Assembly (NCBI GenBank): GCA_000004985.1
Contig: GG738870.1
Reading direction: 5' to 3' (one strand)
Length of the DNA: 64,000 bases
Origin: Naegleria gruberi
Lineage: Eukaryota
The notes under the pieces were generated by a model. That model saw nothing but the letters and a program-made list of their open reading frames with translations, made no database searches and had not been told where the DNA came from. The position numbers and the translations under genes are program-made. How positions within the stretch are numbered: position 1 is the stretch's first letter; every line of letters starts with the position of its first letter. Shown here one piece after another: positions 21,945 through 31,824 of the stretch.

Positions 21945-22079
21945 ATGAATAGAGGATGTATGGATGTTAACAGTTTAGTAGTTGGAGGAGTACAGGATGT
22001 AAAAGACAATGTGGTCGGAGGATTCCACACTTTGAATAAGGCTACATCAATTTTGAAGAGAACACTTATCACCTGTTGA
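21945..22079 (+). pseudogene. partial paralogous copy of the GVQDVK-repeat first exon of the gene at 26296
   Basis: Region 21913..22070 is about 85% identical to 26254..26460, including the upstream ...ttacagcaa[t/c]attaataaaaATGaatagagga. It encodes MNRGCMDVNSLVVGGVQDVKDNVVGGFHTLNKATSILKRTLITC and then stops, with two repeat units against three in the parent. It lies in the intergenic spacer between the ankyrin gene and the EGF gene. Confidence 0.45.
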
Positions 22080-22499
22080 TCATTCAATCCTTTGAATATG
22101 TTTACTTTTCCATTGACAGAATTTCACATTATTTGTAGATTTGAATTCAGCTTCTTCCTCCTGTTTTTCAGTTAGTAGTTTTACATTAATTTATAATTCA
22201 TTCTTTGTATTTGTTTACACAAGAGAATAGTTAATAATAAGAATAGACAAAAGATTCTTGAATGTCCAAGTTTTTACAATGATAAAATGGCCAAACACAA
22301 CCCTAACTACCGATAGAAATAAAAAATCAATCTCATTCATGACGGTTGAAATATGAGAATGACAGTTTACAATGATTTTGAAACTAAAATGATTGGATGA
22401 TCATAGACTTATTGTATTGACGTAGAGAATTCACAACCCATACAAACTCTTAAAAGTGTTTGGTCTAAGAGAAAGAAAGGTATTAAAAAAAACATAACA

Positions 22500-23783
22500 A
22501 TGAAAGTTTCAAATTTATTATTCATTTGTCTATTCCTATTCACTTTTGCTTACAAGTTGACTGTTGCCTCTAGCACTTCCAACATGCTACAACCAGTCAA
22601 TTTATTTCAGAAGAGAACATCTCAAGCAGTGTGCACATGTCCTAGATGTCCAGACAAAATTAACATCAACAATTTCTTGTTCTCAACTGAGGTGAATTGT
22701 CCCACCAAGTGTCCCACAGGCTATTACGTCAATGGAATGGATCTCTTGATTTCACCATTTAATGACTACCATACCTACATTATTGAAACTACATCCACTG
22801 ACACTTCAAACAAAATTAATGACTTGTCAAAAGATCAAACCAGATACAATCTTGGAGATTGTTTCAGTGCCTCTACTTCCTTAAATCTTGATACCACTGA
22901 TTACACTACCAAGATTACATGTAAGAATGCCATTACTCAATGCTCAGTTCAAGTGAAAAATGTTTGTTTTTGCTCCAAATCCCCTTCAAAATTGGTTATT
23001 ATTGCTCCTTCTCTTGTTGTGACTGGATCTAAATACACACCTGAAGTAAGAATTGTTGACAATGATGGAAATATAGTTCCAAGAAACTATCTCATTGAAT
23101 TCATTTCACCTGGTCAATCCTATACTTCTATGGCATCAAATGGTATCATGAAAGTTAATGAACTTATTGCCCCAAGCTCTGGTACTGTTACATTAAGAGC
23201 TTCTATCAGTTCTCTTTCAGGTTCTGCTCCTTCATTGACTTCTGCTGAGTTTACTGTCACTGTCACTCAATCCTTATTCACATGTTATGGTGCTTCACCT
23301 TCCAACAGTTCTGTTTGTAGTGGTAAAGGAACATGTACTGCTCAAGATGTTTGCTCATGTTTCACAGGATACAGTGGTAGTAAATGTGAAACATTCTCCT
23401 CAACCACTCAAGTTTCCAGCATTAAACTCTCAGTTCCCTCCACTGTGAATAGTGGTTCTCAATTTACTGCAACTGTTTCAATGTTGGATTCAAGTGGAAG
23501 TACCATGAAATCAGGTTCAGGAACTATCACTTTGGATATTGTTGGTGCATCTTCTGATGTTACAATGGTTGGTGATAAGTCCAAAGTGGCAGGTGAAGGT
23601 GTTGCTTCATTCTCTGTTCAATTGTCAACATTGACATCAACTTCGATCTCTCTAAAGGCGAACTATCAAACACTTTCAGATACCAAATCAGTTAATGTGG
23701 ATATATCCAGGACATCTCAATGTGCTGCCATTTGGAGTTATCTTTTCACAATAACCTTTTTTGTAATTTTATTTATTATCTAA
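22500..23783 (+). CDS. secreted Cys-rich/EGF-domain surface protein, probably GPI-anchored
   Basis: The N-terminus is a signal peptide (MKVSNLLFICLFLFTFAYKLTVASS). An EGF-like module follows (CYGASPSNSSVCSGKGTCTAQDVCSCFTGYSGSKCE), then S/T-rich repeats. The C-terminus is a hydrophobic tail (CAAIWSYLFTITFFVILFII) consistent with a GPI signal. Confidence 0.55.
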   Translation: MKVSNLLFICLFLFTFAYKLTVASSTSNMLQPVNLFQKRTSQAVCTCPRCPDKININNFLFSTEVNCPTKCPTGYYVNGMDLLISPFNDYHTYIIETTSTDTSNKINDLSKDQTRYNLGDCFSASTSLNLDTTDYTTKITCKNAITQCSVQVKNVCFCSKSPSKLVIIAPSLVVTGSKYTPEVRIVDNDGNIVPRNYLIEFISPGQSYTSMASNGIMKVNELIAPSSGTVTLRASISSLSGSAPSLTSAEFTVTVTQSLFTCYGASPSNSSVCSGKGTCTAQDVCSCFTGYSGSKCETFSSTTQVSSIKLSVPSTVNSGSQFTATVSMLDSSGSTMKSGSGTITLDIVGASSDVTMVGDKSKVAGEGVASFSVQLSTLTSTSISLKANYQTLSDTKSVNVDISRTSQCAAIWSYLFTITFFVILFII

Positions 23784-23838
23784 TAATAATAATATTGCAT
23801 TAAATAAATTTAATATTACAAAATTTAATTATTATAAA

Positions 23839-24177
23839 TGGATCAAGACTTCATTGACTCAAGTTATTTCTCAAATGATCTGACAAAGTCTAATAACATC
23901 AAGTCATGTATTAGAATAGTGTTCAAGTAGGTAATACCAGTAGTATTTTACGTGAATTTTATCATGAGCTTCCAAAGAAACATTCTAAGGGAGGTCAATC
24001 TCTTGAAAGATTTGCTAGAAATAGAGAAATTGCCAAGAATGAATATCTAAAGATTATTGCAGAGAAGGCAAATTCTTTATTCGTATCGCCAACTTTGAAT
24101 GCTCCAACTGTAGATGCTATTATTCTTGCTGGATGTGCTGAATTGAAGAATGAATTACTTTCTCTCAAATCTGATTG
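23839..24177 (+). pseudogene. eRF1 (peptide chain release factor subunit 1) domain-2 fragment with retained GGQ motif; frameshifted and truncated
   Basis: The frame open from 23915 gives VGNTSSILREFYHELPKKHSKGGQSLERFARNREIAKNEYLKIIAEKANSLFVS...AIILAGCAELKNELLSLKSD. This is colinear with eRF1 [33 protein letters not shown]...GLILAGSADFKTDLAKSELFD. An upstream ATG at 23839 opens a 30-codon +1-shifted frame (MDQDFIDSS...IRIVFK*) that may correspond to the preceding eRF1 segment. There is no N-terminal domain and no domain 3. It is far more diverged than a functional eRF1 should be. Confidence 0.5.
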
Positions 24178-24217
24178 TTTGGTAATAGTAAAATAGTAAA
24201 AAGTAACTAAGAGTGAT

Positions 24218-25313
24218 TTAGGTCAATTTGAACATGCCTTGAATTGCCTTGGCAGAGTAAGCTTCTTCCAAACTCTTCTTTTCTTCATCGGTTAATTGAA
24301 TTTCCAATGCTTGCACATTGAGTTCAATATTTACAGCTTTAGTGGCGCCAACAATTGGACAAGCAACACCTGGCTTGGAAAGCAACCAAGCAAGTGCAAT
24401 TTGAGCAGGTGGTACATTTCTCTTCTTTGCAATTTCTGAAACTCTTCTCAATGTTTCTTTATCACCCTCTGTTAAATTTTCCTTAAATATATTTTGGAAA
24501 TAATCAGAGGTAGCTCTCTTGGAATCAATTGCTTGTTCAGCATTGACAAATTCATGAGCACGAGCGAGCATTCCATTGGAAAGAGGTCCCCATGGAGTGA
24601 GAGAAACATGTTGGTCAACACATAATGGATTCATTTCTCTTTCTTCTTCTCTATAGATGAGATTGTGGAGATTTTGCATGGAAATGAATTTGGTCAATCC
24701 CTTCTTCTCAGCATAGTGTTGAGCTTTAGCAAATTGCCAAGCAAACATTGTGGAAGCACCAATGTATCTGACCTTTCCAGACTTGACTAAATCATGGAGT
24801 GTTTCCATAGTTTCTTCAATTGGAGTATTTTCATCCCAACGATGGATAATGTACAAATCAATGTCTATTCAATCAATCATTATTAATCAAATGAAATATT
24901 TCAGTAAACTTACAATCGAGACCTAATCTTTGCAATGAATCTTCAACTGCATGCATAATGTGCTTTCTGGAGAGACCAAAAGTGTTTGGTTTCAACTTGC
25001 TAAAGTCCATTACCATAGATTGTTCACCACTTCTGTCCACTGGAGCACAAACTTTGGTAGCCACAACAATTTCCTCTCTTGAAATGTTGAATTTCTTAAT
25101 GAAATTTCCTAAAATTCTTTCACTTTCTCCATTACTATAAACATTGGCAGTATCGAAAAAGTTAATTCCCAAATCCCATGCCTTCTTCAAAATGATCATT
25201 GATTCCTCTTCATTCAATACCCAAGGCATCCACTTGGAAGATCCAAAACTCATACAACCCAAACAAAGTTGAGAAACCTTCAAACCACTATTACCCAAAT
25301 TGACGTATTTCAT
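24218..25313 (-). CDS. aldo-keto reductase family protein, 2 exons (25313..24914, 24864..24218)
   Basis: Exon 1 gives MKYVNLGNSGLKVSQLCLGCMSFG...LQRLGLD. A GTAAGT donor and a gaatAG acceptor flank a 49-nt intron. Exon 2 begins YIDLYIIHRWDENTPIEETM..., matching the AKR consensus L.Y.DLY..H. Later AKR blocks follow (GKVRYIGAS; IALAWLLSKPGVACPIVGATK). Total length is 1047 nt, or 349 codons. Confidence 0.75.
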
Positions 25314-25426
25314 TGTTTCTTTAATATTTTTTCTCTATCAAACTATGAAGCTTATTCAATAAGAATTGAATTTGTTTTTTTTGTTTTTGAAATTGTTCTT
25401 CTTTATTGCCAGCGAATTTAAGTAGG

Positions 25427-25528
25427 AAAATTTGTGCTCATATTTTCGCGAGCAGATTAATGTTTTGATGGTTTTGGATGGATATGATGATTTAAAATTG
25501 TGCTCACATTTTCACGAGCAGATTAATG
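25427..25528. repeat. imperfect 35-bp direct repeat (two copies, 67-bp period) upstream of tRNA-Met
   Basis: Copy 1 at 25427..25462 is aaaatttgtgctcatattttcgcgagcagattaatg. Copy 2 at 25494..25528 is aaaattgtgctcacattttcacgagcagattaatg. There are two mismatches and one indel. Each copy contains TTTTCGCG / TTTTCACG, an E2F-like half-site. Confidence 0.6.
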
Positions 25529-25675
25529 ACTGTAGACATTTAAAAAAAGTGAATTCTTTTTGTAAATTGGTACAAGGTCAATCTGGTTTTGGATGTTATG
25601 TAATTCCTTTTGTAAGCACTCAAGCACTCACTTTGGACTTCAACAAGCATTCATACTTTTGGCTAATAATGTATC

Positions 25676-25748
25676 GGGGTCATGGCGCAGTCGGTAGCGC
25701 GTAGGTCTCATAATCCTAAGGTCGTGAGTTCGATCCTCACTGACCCCA
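25676..25748 (+). tRNA. elongator tRNA-Met (anticodon CAT)
   Basis: The fold has acceptor GGGGTCA/TGACCCC, D arm GCGC-AGTCGGTA-GCGC, anticodon loop CTCATAA (CAT) and T arm GTGAG-TTCGATC-CTCAC. The GCGCGT...GTCTCATAATC...AAGGTCGTGAGTTCGATCCTCAC core matches eukaryotic elongator tRNA-Met. A T5 terminator follows. Confidence 0.8.
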
Positions 25749-25890
25749 ACTTTTTGCTTTCAATTAGTCATATTTAAGAACCCTTATTGAACTTTCCACG
25801 AAGAGGATTCTGGAACAACAAGGTGGAAATAGTATTAGATTTTTAAATTTATGCCTTCAAGATTGGTTTCAACATCATCTGTTAAATCTG

Positions 25891-26106
25891 TTAAACCACA
25901 AAAGAAAGATAAAAACAAAGCCAGTAAATCCTGTGAGAAAGAAGCTCAAAACCAATAATGCCAAACTTCATACCAGCCCACAACAAAGCTAAAATCCAAA
26001 TCCCACAACCAGCGAAAATAGTGCCTGAGCACGTGGTGATATTAGCCAACTCCAGAATTCGGTATTTTATTATAGAATAGAAACAGAAATATGAAGGAAT
26101 TTTCAA
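25891..26106 (-). other. unassigned 71-codon hydrophobic ORF between tRNA-Met and the Vps51-like gene (possible small membrane protein or spurious)
   Basis: The ORF reads MKIPSYFCFYSII...GTIFAGCGIWILALLWAGMKFGIIGFELL. It has two hydrophobic helices but no homology signal and atypical codon usage. Confidence 0.2.
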
Positions 26107-26295
26107 ATTAATGTTGCTAAATGGCTTTTAGGCTGTATTAAGACAGATGTTAAGAATTTGAGAATGAAAGTTGGTGCCCTGTTACAAGGTGCTCAGTCGT
26201 CTTTTAACAGACATTATCAATGGCTTGTTCTGTTTTTTAACGATAAAACATCTATGCTTCTTGGACGTGTTATTATTACAGCAACATTAATAAAA

Positions 26296-28680
26296 ATGAA
26301 TAGAGGATTTATAACGGAAGGTGTACAGGATGTTAAAGGTTTAGTGGTCGGTGGTGTTCAGGATGTTAAAGGCTTAGTAGTTGGAGGAGTACAGGATGTA
26401 AAGGACAAGGTGGTTGGAGGATTCCACACTTTGAATAAGGCTACATCAATATTGAGGAGAAAAATTATTAGTGATGTTGGAAATGCTAAGGAACTAAATA
26501 AGAAGGTGATCAGTTATTTTACAGGAAAAGAGAGTAGGTTGATGAAGAATATTATTTAATAATTAATAATTATAAATAATATTTTAAATAGAGGCTCTTG
26601 AACATCCTTCAACAATTAATTTTGCATCAGATGAATTTGATCCTGAGGATTGTAGGTTATCATCAATGTTTAATAATTCTGATTTTTAGATACTGATACC
26701 TTATTCACAAAATCCGATTACAAACAAATTGAAAGCAATTGGCTTGCAGGATTATCTATTGAACAAACAAAAGCAAAGGAAAAATTACAAGAATTAGTTT
26801 CAGATAATTATATACAATTCATTGATGCTTCAAAAGAGGTTTCAAGTTTTATGGATGTTGATTTGATTGAAATTGGTAATCTTGTAACTTCTATGAAAAA
26901 TGTTATTTCAGACATTGACTCAGTTGATTTGACTTTGGATTATAGATGTTTGTACCCAACTTTTAAAAGTGTTGATGTTGAGGCTTTAAGAGAAGTTGAA
27001 TATACAATGCTACCAGAATTGGAAATGATAATTTCTCAAAGACTATTTCACAAAGCAGCAGAATTGGTTGAATTAATAGATAAAAAACTAGTGTTGGAAG
27101 ATGATATCAAAATGGAAAAAGACTACAGAGCGTCACTTCAACAATTGAAAAAGAAATTCTACCAAAAAAGAATTGAACTCAGTGAATCTGTTTCTGAGTC
27201 GGTCAAAAGTGGCCTTTCCAGTAATAAGGATGTTAAATTATTGGAAAAAATTTCAGGAACAGAGATTGCTATTACAACTTATCTAAAAGGAAAAAAGGTT
27301 AGAATTAAGAATATTCTTACAAAGATAGAATGCAGAGGAAATGTTGAGGACTACACAAAAACAGCCTCCAAACATGTTTTCAAGATGATTGAAGTAGTTT
27401 GTGCGGAGTTTAGAGAGTTATTTACTGATGATACAAATACCTCTTTTTTTATTCAGTGGTCATTTGAGGTGTTAGAAAAATTAGTCTCCACTGTCAAAGT
27501 TCAAATATTAGGTCAACAATGTTTTGAAACCACATCTAACAGTATCAATGTTATCATTAAGAAGGCTCAACAGTTAGAAAAGATGGGTATCACAGTATCT
27601 TTCTACATACATAAACTGTTGTTACCTGATGTTGAGAAAACAATGAGACAACGATGTATTGAATTAAGAGAGGAGATATTTAGAATAGCTTGTTCTGAAT
27701 TATGGAATTACAAAAATGTTCCCTGCGATTTATTTGCTGTTGCCCTTCCAGATGTTGTAAAGCAATTGAAGGTGGGGCAAAGTTGCCTTGTATTTGTGAA
27801 TAGTATTCGTACTTTTATTATTAATTGTAGTTTAATAGTTTCCTCATATGTAAGTAATCACATACCAATATCTTACACCGTCAAGTCTTTCAATATTGTA
27901 AATATGTGTGTCACAGAACTCTTTGAGACTACCTTATCAAAATATTATGAGATTGGTTTGTCAAAAACCATTAGTGAGAAACAATTCTTTGTAATTTTAT
28001 CAAGTTCAAGGTTTATCTTACAAGGAATGTTGGAGGAGGTTTCAGAGATGTTAAAGGTTTGTTCTTGTAAACATATTTTCTCTTTAACATTTGATTAGTT
28101 ATTATTTGATAAGAATTTACCAGTAGAAATTACAATTCTTAAATCTAAAATATTTGGTTTTGATTCAAGATTGTTAGAGAAATATTGTGAGAACAAAGCT
28201 TTCAATTTAGTAGATGAAAAAATAGGATGGAATCACAGCTACATTGCTCAAGAAATATCATCTGTAACGAGTGTCAGCAAATTCTTTGCTCAGGTCATCT
28301 CATACTTTGATAAATTATCGAATCATATAGCTTCATCTTTTGACAAGGATTCTATCCCAATAATGAGGCTTTTCATTAAATATACGGTAGAATATCTTAC
28401 TGACAAGAGTAATGCAATGACAAGCATGATTGAGGATACAAAAGAATCAGCAAAGAAACATAAGGTTAATCAGATTATTCTTGATCTGAGCTACTTTAAA
28501 CAACAATTATCAAGCAGAGATTTTATTTCAGAGGAAGTAAGTATTGTTTTAATCATAATTATTTACCCATGATAGGATGAGGATACGATTATATCATATA
28601 TTGATTTCATAAGAGATTTAAACCATGGATCAGAGAGTGTGCTCTCTAATCGAGCAATTGAAGAGATACTTAATAAATAA
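26296..28680 (+). CDS. Vps51/Dor1-type vesicle-tethering complex subunit (GARP/exocyst/COG family) with an N-terminal GVQDVK-repeat exon; 5 exons (26296..26533, 26592..26651, 26690..28056, 28099..28536, 28576..28680). An alternative in-frame start lies at 26158.
   Basis: All donors and acceptors are phase-consistent (GTAGGT at 26534 and 26652, GTTTGT at 28057, GTAAGT at 28537). The joined product reads ...FTGKE|KALEHPSTINFASDEFDPED|YTDTLFTKSDYKQIESNWLAGLSIEQTKAKEKLQELVSDNYIQFIDASKEVSSFMDVDL.... This parallels the Vps51 N-terminus FDPEVYLDKL....LVYENYNKFISATDTIRKM. Total length is 2208 nt, or 736 codons. Exon 1 encodes MNRGFITE(GVQDVKGLVVG)x3... Confidence 0.5.
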
Positions 28681-28751
28681 ACTTTGCCGCCAATTTCTCC
28701 CGCTTTTTGTTGGCGTTTTTCAGTACAACAATAAAAATCAATATCAAAAAA

Positions 28752-30815
28752 ATGCACTCAAGTTACTTCCTCAATCACAAGTCATCTAGGCCTAAGAATG
28801 ATGATACGGAAGAAGATGAAGACATTATTGTTGAATTATCAACAAAAAAAGACCAAAGAAAAGTTATCTTAACTGGGTCTAAGGAAGAAATAAATACATC
28901 TGAAGATGAAGTTGAAGAAGGATATTTATCGGATAGCTTAAAAGAGGTTGACTATCATAACTTGGAAGAACCATCTTTCATTGAAAATTCGGATGAAGAA
29001 GATATGGATCTCATAACGATACAATCACTAAGGGAATCTCATCAGCAAAAATTAGACCAAGTGGAACGAGAATACCTCTCTCTTAGAGAAAAGAACAATA
29101 TGTCAGTTGATGTGCATAAAACAAGAAATGTTCGGATTAAAAACCCAATGAATTCATACAGAACAGTCACATTTAGTGACCAATTTGATGAGGAGCCAAG
29201 AAACTCTCCTAAATCTGACACTGAAGAAAGGGATTTCTCTCAAGTAAACAGAAGAGTATCTGAGATCATCAGTGAGGTCAGTTTGGACGACGATAATACC
29301 AGTGTCAGTTCTGATGACACTGAGTTCAAACAAGATTACAAACACTATTTCAATGACCCAAGTTTACATAATCAATTGATTGATGAAGAGTCAGTAGAAC
29401 GAGACTATAACTATAATGATATTAGTGACACTTGTACAGTGATTTCGGATGTGTCAGAATTTGTAAAGGAAAGAGATGCCGAGGGACCAACAGAAAACAT
29501 CGAACGTAAAAACATCACTGTGCCTCTTCCATTCAAATTTGAGGACAGAGAGGCCAGAAAGCCTTTGGGCATTCATAGAAGGAAGATGGATGACTATATC
29601 AATAAGATTAAAATGGAAGAAGAACATCATCTCAACAAAAGATTCAAAGCAAATCCAGTTCCAAAATCAACAAAGACTCCTTTATATGAATCTGTAAGAA
29701 TAAGGACTGAATTACAGACAAAGCTGGAGAGAAAGGCTCTTGAGGAAATGACTAAAAAAATAATTAAGCCATTTTATTTTGCTGAGAGAGACGAAAGGAG
29801 GTCCAAACAATTAGAAGAAGAGAAAATACTAAAACAAGAGGAGCATTATATGAGATTTGAAAAAGGATTTGTGGCTAATCCAGGTTTGTTTCAAATTTTC
29901 CTATATTCTTACATCCAAAGTTCCCTCACATACTTTCAGACATATTTATACTATAAAACAAGAAAGAGAATCACAAAGGAGAAGTGAAAGAGTTCAAGAA
30001 AGATCCCAACGACTTCTTCGCCAATCCTCTCTCCCTCCTAGAATGGAAATGTGGAATAAGGTCGGAAAATCACAAGCTATATGTAAGTAATACTCCCTTT
30101 GAGATCCAATTTCTAAAATATGTAGCAAACCCATTAGAAAACGATTTAACATTACATCCAAAAATCAATCATAACGTTCCTGTAAGTATTAGGATAAATT
30201 TTATTCTAACAAGATCAGGACTTTGACCATCTTCACCGAAAATTCCAAGAAACTCTGTATCTTGCAAAGAGAACTCAAAAGCTAACAGTTCCACAACCAT
30301 TCAAGTTCAATAGTACGTTAACTGAAAAAGATATGAAGAGAATTGCAGATGAGGTAGGATTAGATGATGTGGTTCTTCACGATTCAAGGTCAGACTGGGA
30401 AAAACAAGATTTCAAGGCAAAAATTTCAAAACGACCATCATCTGCAACCCAAAGCAGGCCTCAAAAGGATACCTTTGCAACTAGAATGAGAAATGAACAA
30501 ATTAAAAAACAAATAGCTGAAAGAGAGGAAAGGAAAAAGGAATTGGAAACATTGAGAGGAAAGCAATTCAATCAACAACGAAAGATTTTCAACAGAGTGG
30601 CGCCAAATATTGACAAACAAGAAAACAAAGAGAATTTTTATGCCACTCTTTCGAATACTCAAAAAAGGAGAGAGAAAGATGCTCTCATTGATGCAAAACC
30701 CTATCTTTTCGAAACCTCTTTGAAGAAGGAAGCTAAGGAGAAAGTCTATGAGGATCTGAAGAAAACTCTTTCAGAAAATGGAACAGCCTATTTATTATCC
30801 TCTCTTAAATTGTAA
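28752..30815 (+). CDS. TPX2-like microtubule-associated protein, 3 exons (28752..29883, 29921..30082, 30214..30815)
   Basis: The ATG at 28752 has an aaaaaaATG context. TPX2-family motifs recur: KRFKANPVPKSTKTPLYESVRIR, GFVANP|VPSHTFRH (spanning a 37-nt GTTTGT..AG intron) and TVPQPFKFNSTLTEKDMKR. Compare human FKARPLN / PKFKALPLPHF / TVPVSPKF. The second intron is GTAAGT..acaAG, 131 nt. The protein is acidic and S-rich with a coiled-coil C-terminus. Total length is 1896 nt, or 632 codons. Confidence 0.5.
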
Positions 30816-30842
30816 CAAATTAAATTATTGTAAAATAAAAAA

Positions 30843-31223
30843 ATGAGCAAACAACAACCTGGTGACAATGAGGACAAGAACAAGACGGAGAGGAGAATGA
30901 AAAATTTATATAGATGGTTAAATCCAAAAGAAACAAATGAATTTTTAAATTCCGATTTTGAAACTCCAAAAACTATTGCAAATGCAGAAAAGGATGCAAA
31001 ACTTTTTCCTACTGAATTAGAAATTTTAGATAGAGCAAAATTAATTGAAAAAAATCAAGTTGATGATGAAGAATTATACTCCTTCAGTTCTCAATTTGGA
31101 CCAATTAGTAGATTAACAAAAGATCAAAAGAAGGATATTTTAAAATTAATTGAAAAGAATAGAATTGATATTCCAATAGAATACAAGACATATTTAACAG
31201 ATTTAATCGATGAAGATATTTAG
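30843..31223 (+). CDS. hypothetical small acidic protein (126 aa)
   Basis: It is a clean single ORF with an A-rich ATG context. No recognisable domain is present. Confidence 0.4.
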   Translation: MSKQQPGDNEDKNKTERRMKNLYRWLNPKETNEFLNSDFETPKTIANAEKDAKLFPTELEILDRAKLIEKNQVDDEELYSFSSQFGPISRLTKDQKKDILKLIEKNRIDIPIEYKTYLTDLIDEDI

Positions 31224-31231
31224 TTTACAAA

Positions 31232-31693
31232 TTAATATGAAAAATCTTCATCTGATTCACCACAACGCAGCTTCTTTCCGAAAACTCTTCCAACGAAAAA
31301 GATAAAGGTTGCAATACAAGCAAACAAGGAATGTAAGAATGGAGCAACTGCACACCAAGCCATTTTCTTATTGACGTCAACAAGATCAACAATCATAATA
31401 ACTGATCCACTAATAACACCTCCAAAAACAATAAATAATCCAAAGAATAACCATGCCCTAGCAAAGTAAACTACTTTGACATCATGTTCATGATCGGAAT
31501 CCAAAAATAAATTATCTTTTGGAACAACATTCACCAGTATAAACCCAATAGCGCAAATTATTGTTGGGATCCAATTTACAAATGTTGATTCACTTCCTTG
31601 AATTAATTGAGCATCCAAAACCACAAGATAAGCAACAGCAATTAAAAAACCTGTCAGGTAGGCCCAGGTTGTCTGTGGTACTTTAATTTGCAT
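31232..31693 (-). CDS. hypothetical 4-TM small membrane protein (153 aa)
   Basis: Four hydrophobic helices are visible (AYLTGFLIAVAYLVVL; IPTIICAIGFILVNVV; AWLFFGLFIVFGGVISGSVIMIV; LHSLFACIATFIFFVG). The C-terminus is acidic. Confidence 0.4.
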   Translation of the reverse strand: MQIKVPQTTWAYLTGFLIAVAYLVVLDAQLIQGSESTFVNWIPTIICAIGFILVNVVPKDNLFLDSDHEHDVKVVYFARAWLFFGLFIVFGGVISGSVIMIVDLVDVNKKMAWCAVAPFLHSLFACIATFIFFVGRVFGKKLRCGESDEDFSY

Positions 31694-31824
31694 TTTTTTA
31701 ATTAAATTTGTTTTCGAAAAAGAGTTTTATTAGAAGGACTTGTTTGGGAAGTAACATTTGTACAACCTTCCAATTACTATCTAATATCTTAATACATATT
31801 GTTGTACAAGGTTTATTTATTTAT

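Noticed and set aside
23927-23943. A 17-nt GTAGGT...AG intron that would join the upstream MDQDF ORF to the GGQ block
   Set aside because: Seventeen nucleotides is too short for a spliceosomal intron. A +1 frameshift in a pseudogene explains the two frames better.
28707-28751. ORF-track start at 28707 for the TPX2-like gene, and similar TTG/GTG-initiated ORF starts at 2079, 15741, 24856, 35651 and 59735
   Set aside because: The track allows non-ATG starts. In each case a downstream ATG with an A-rich context or an upstream spliced exon gives the real N-terminus.
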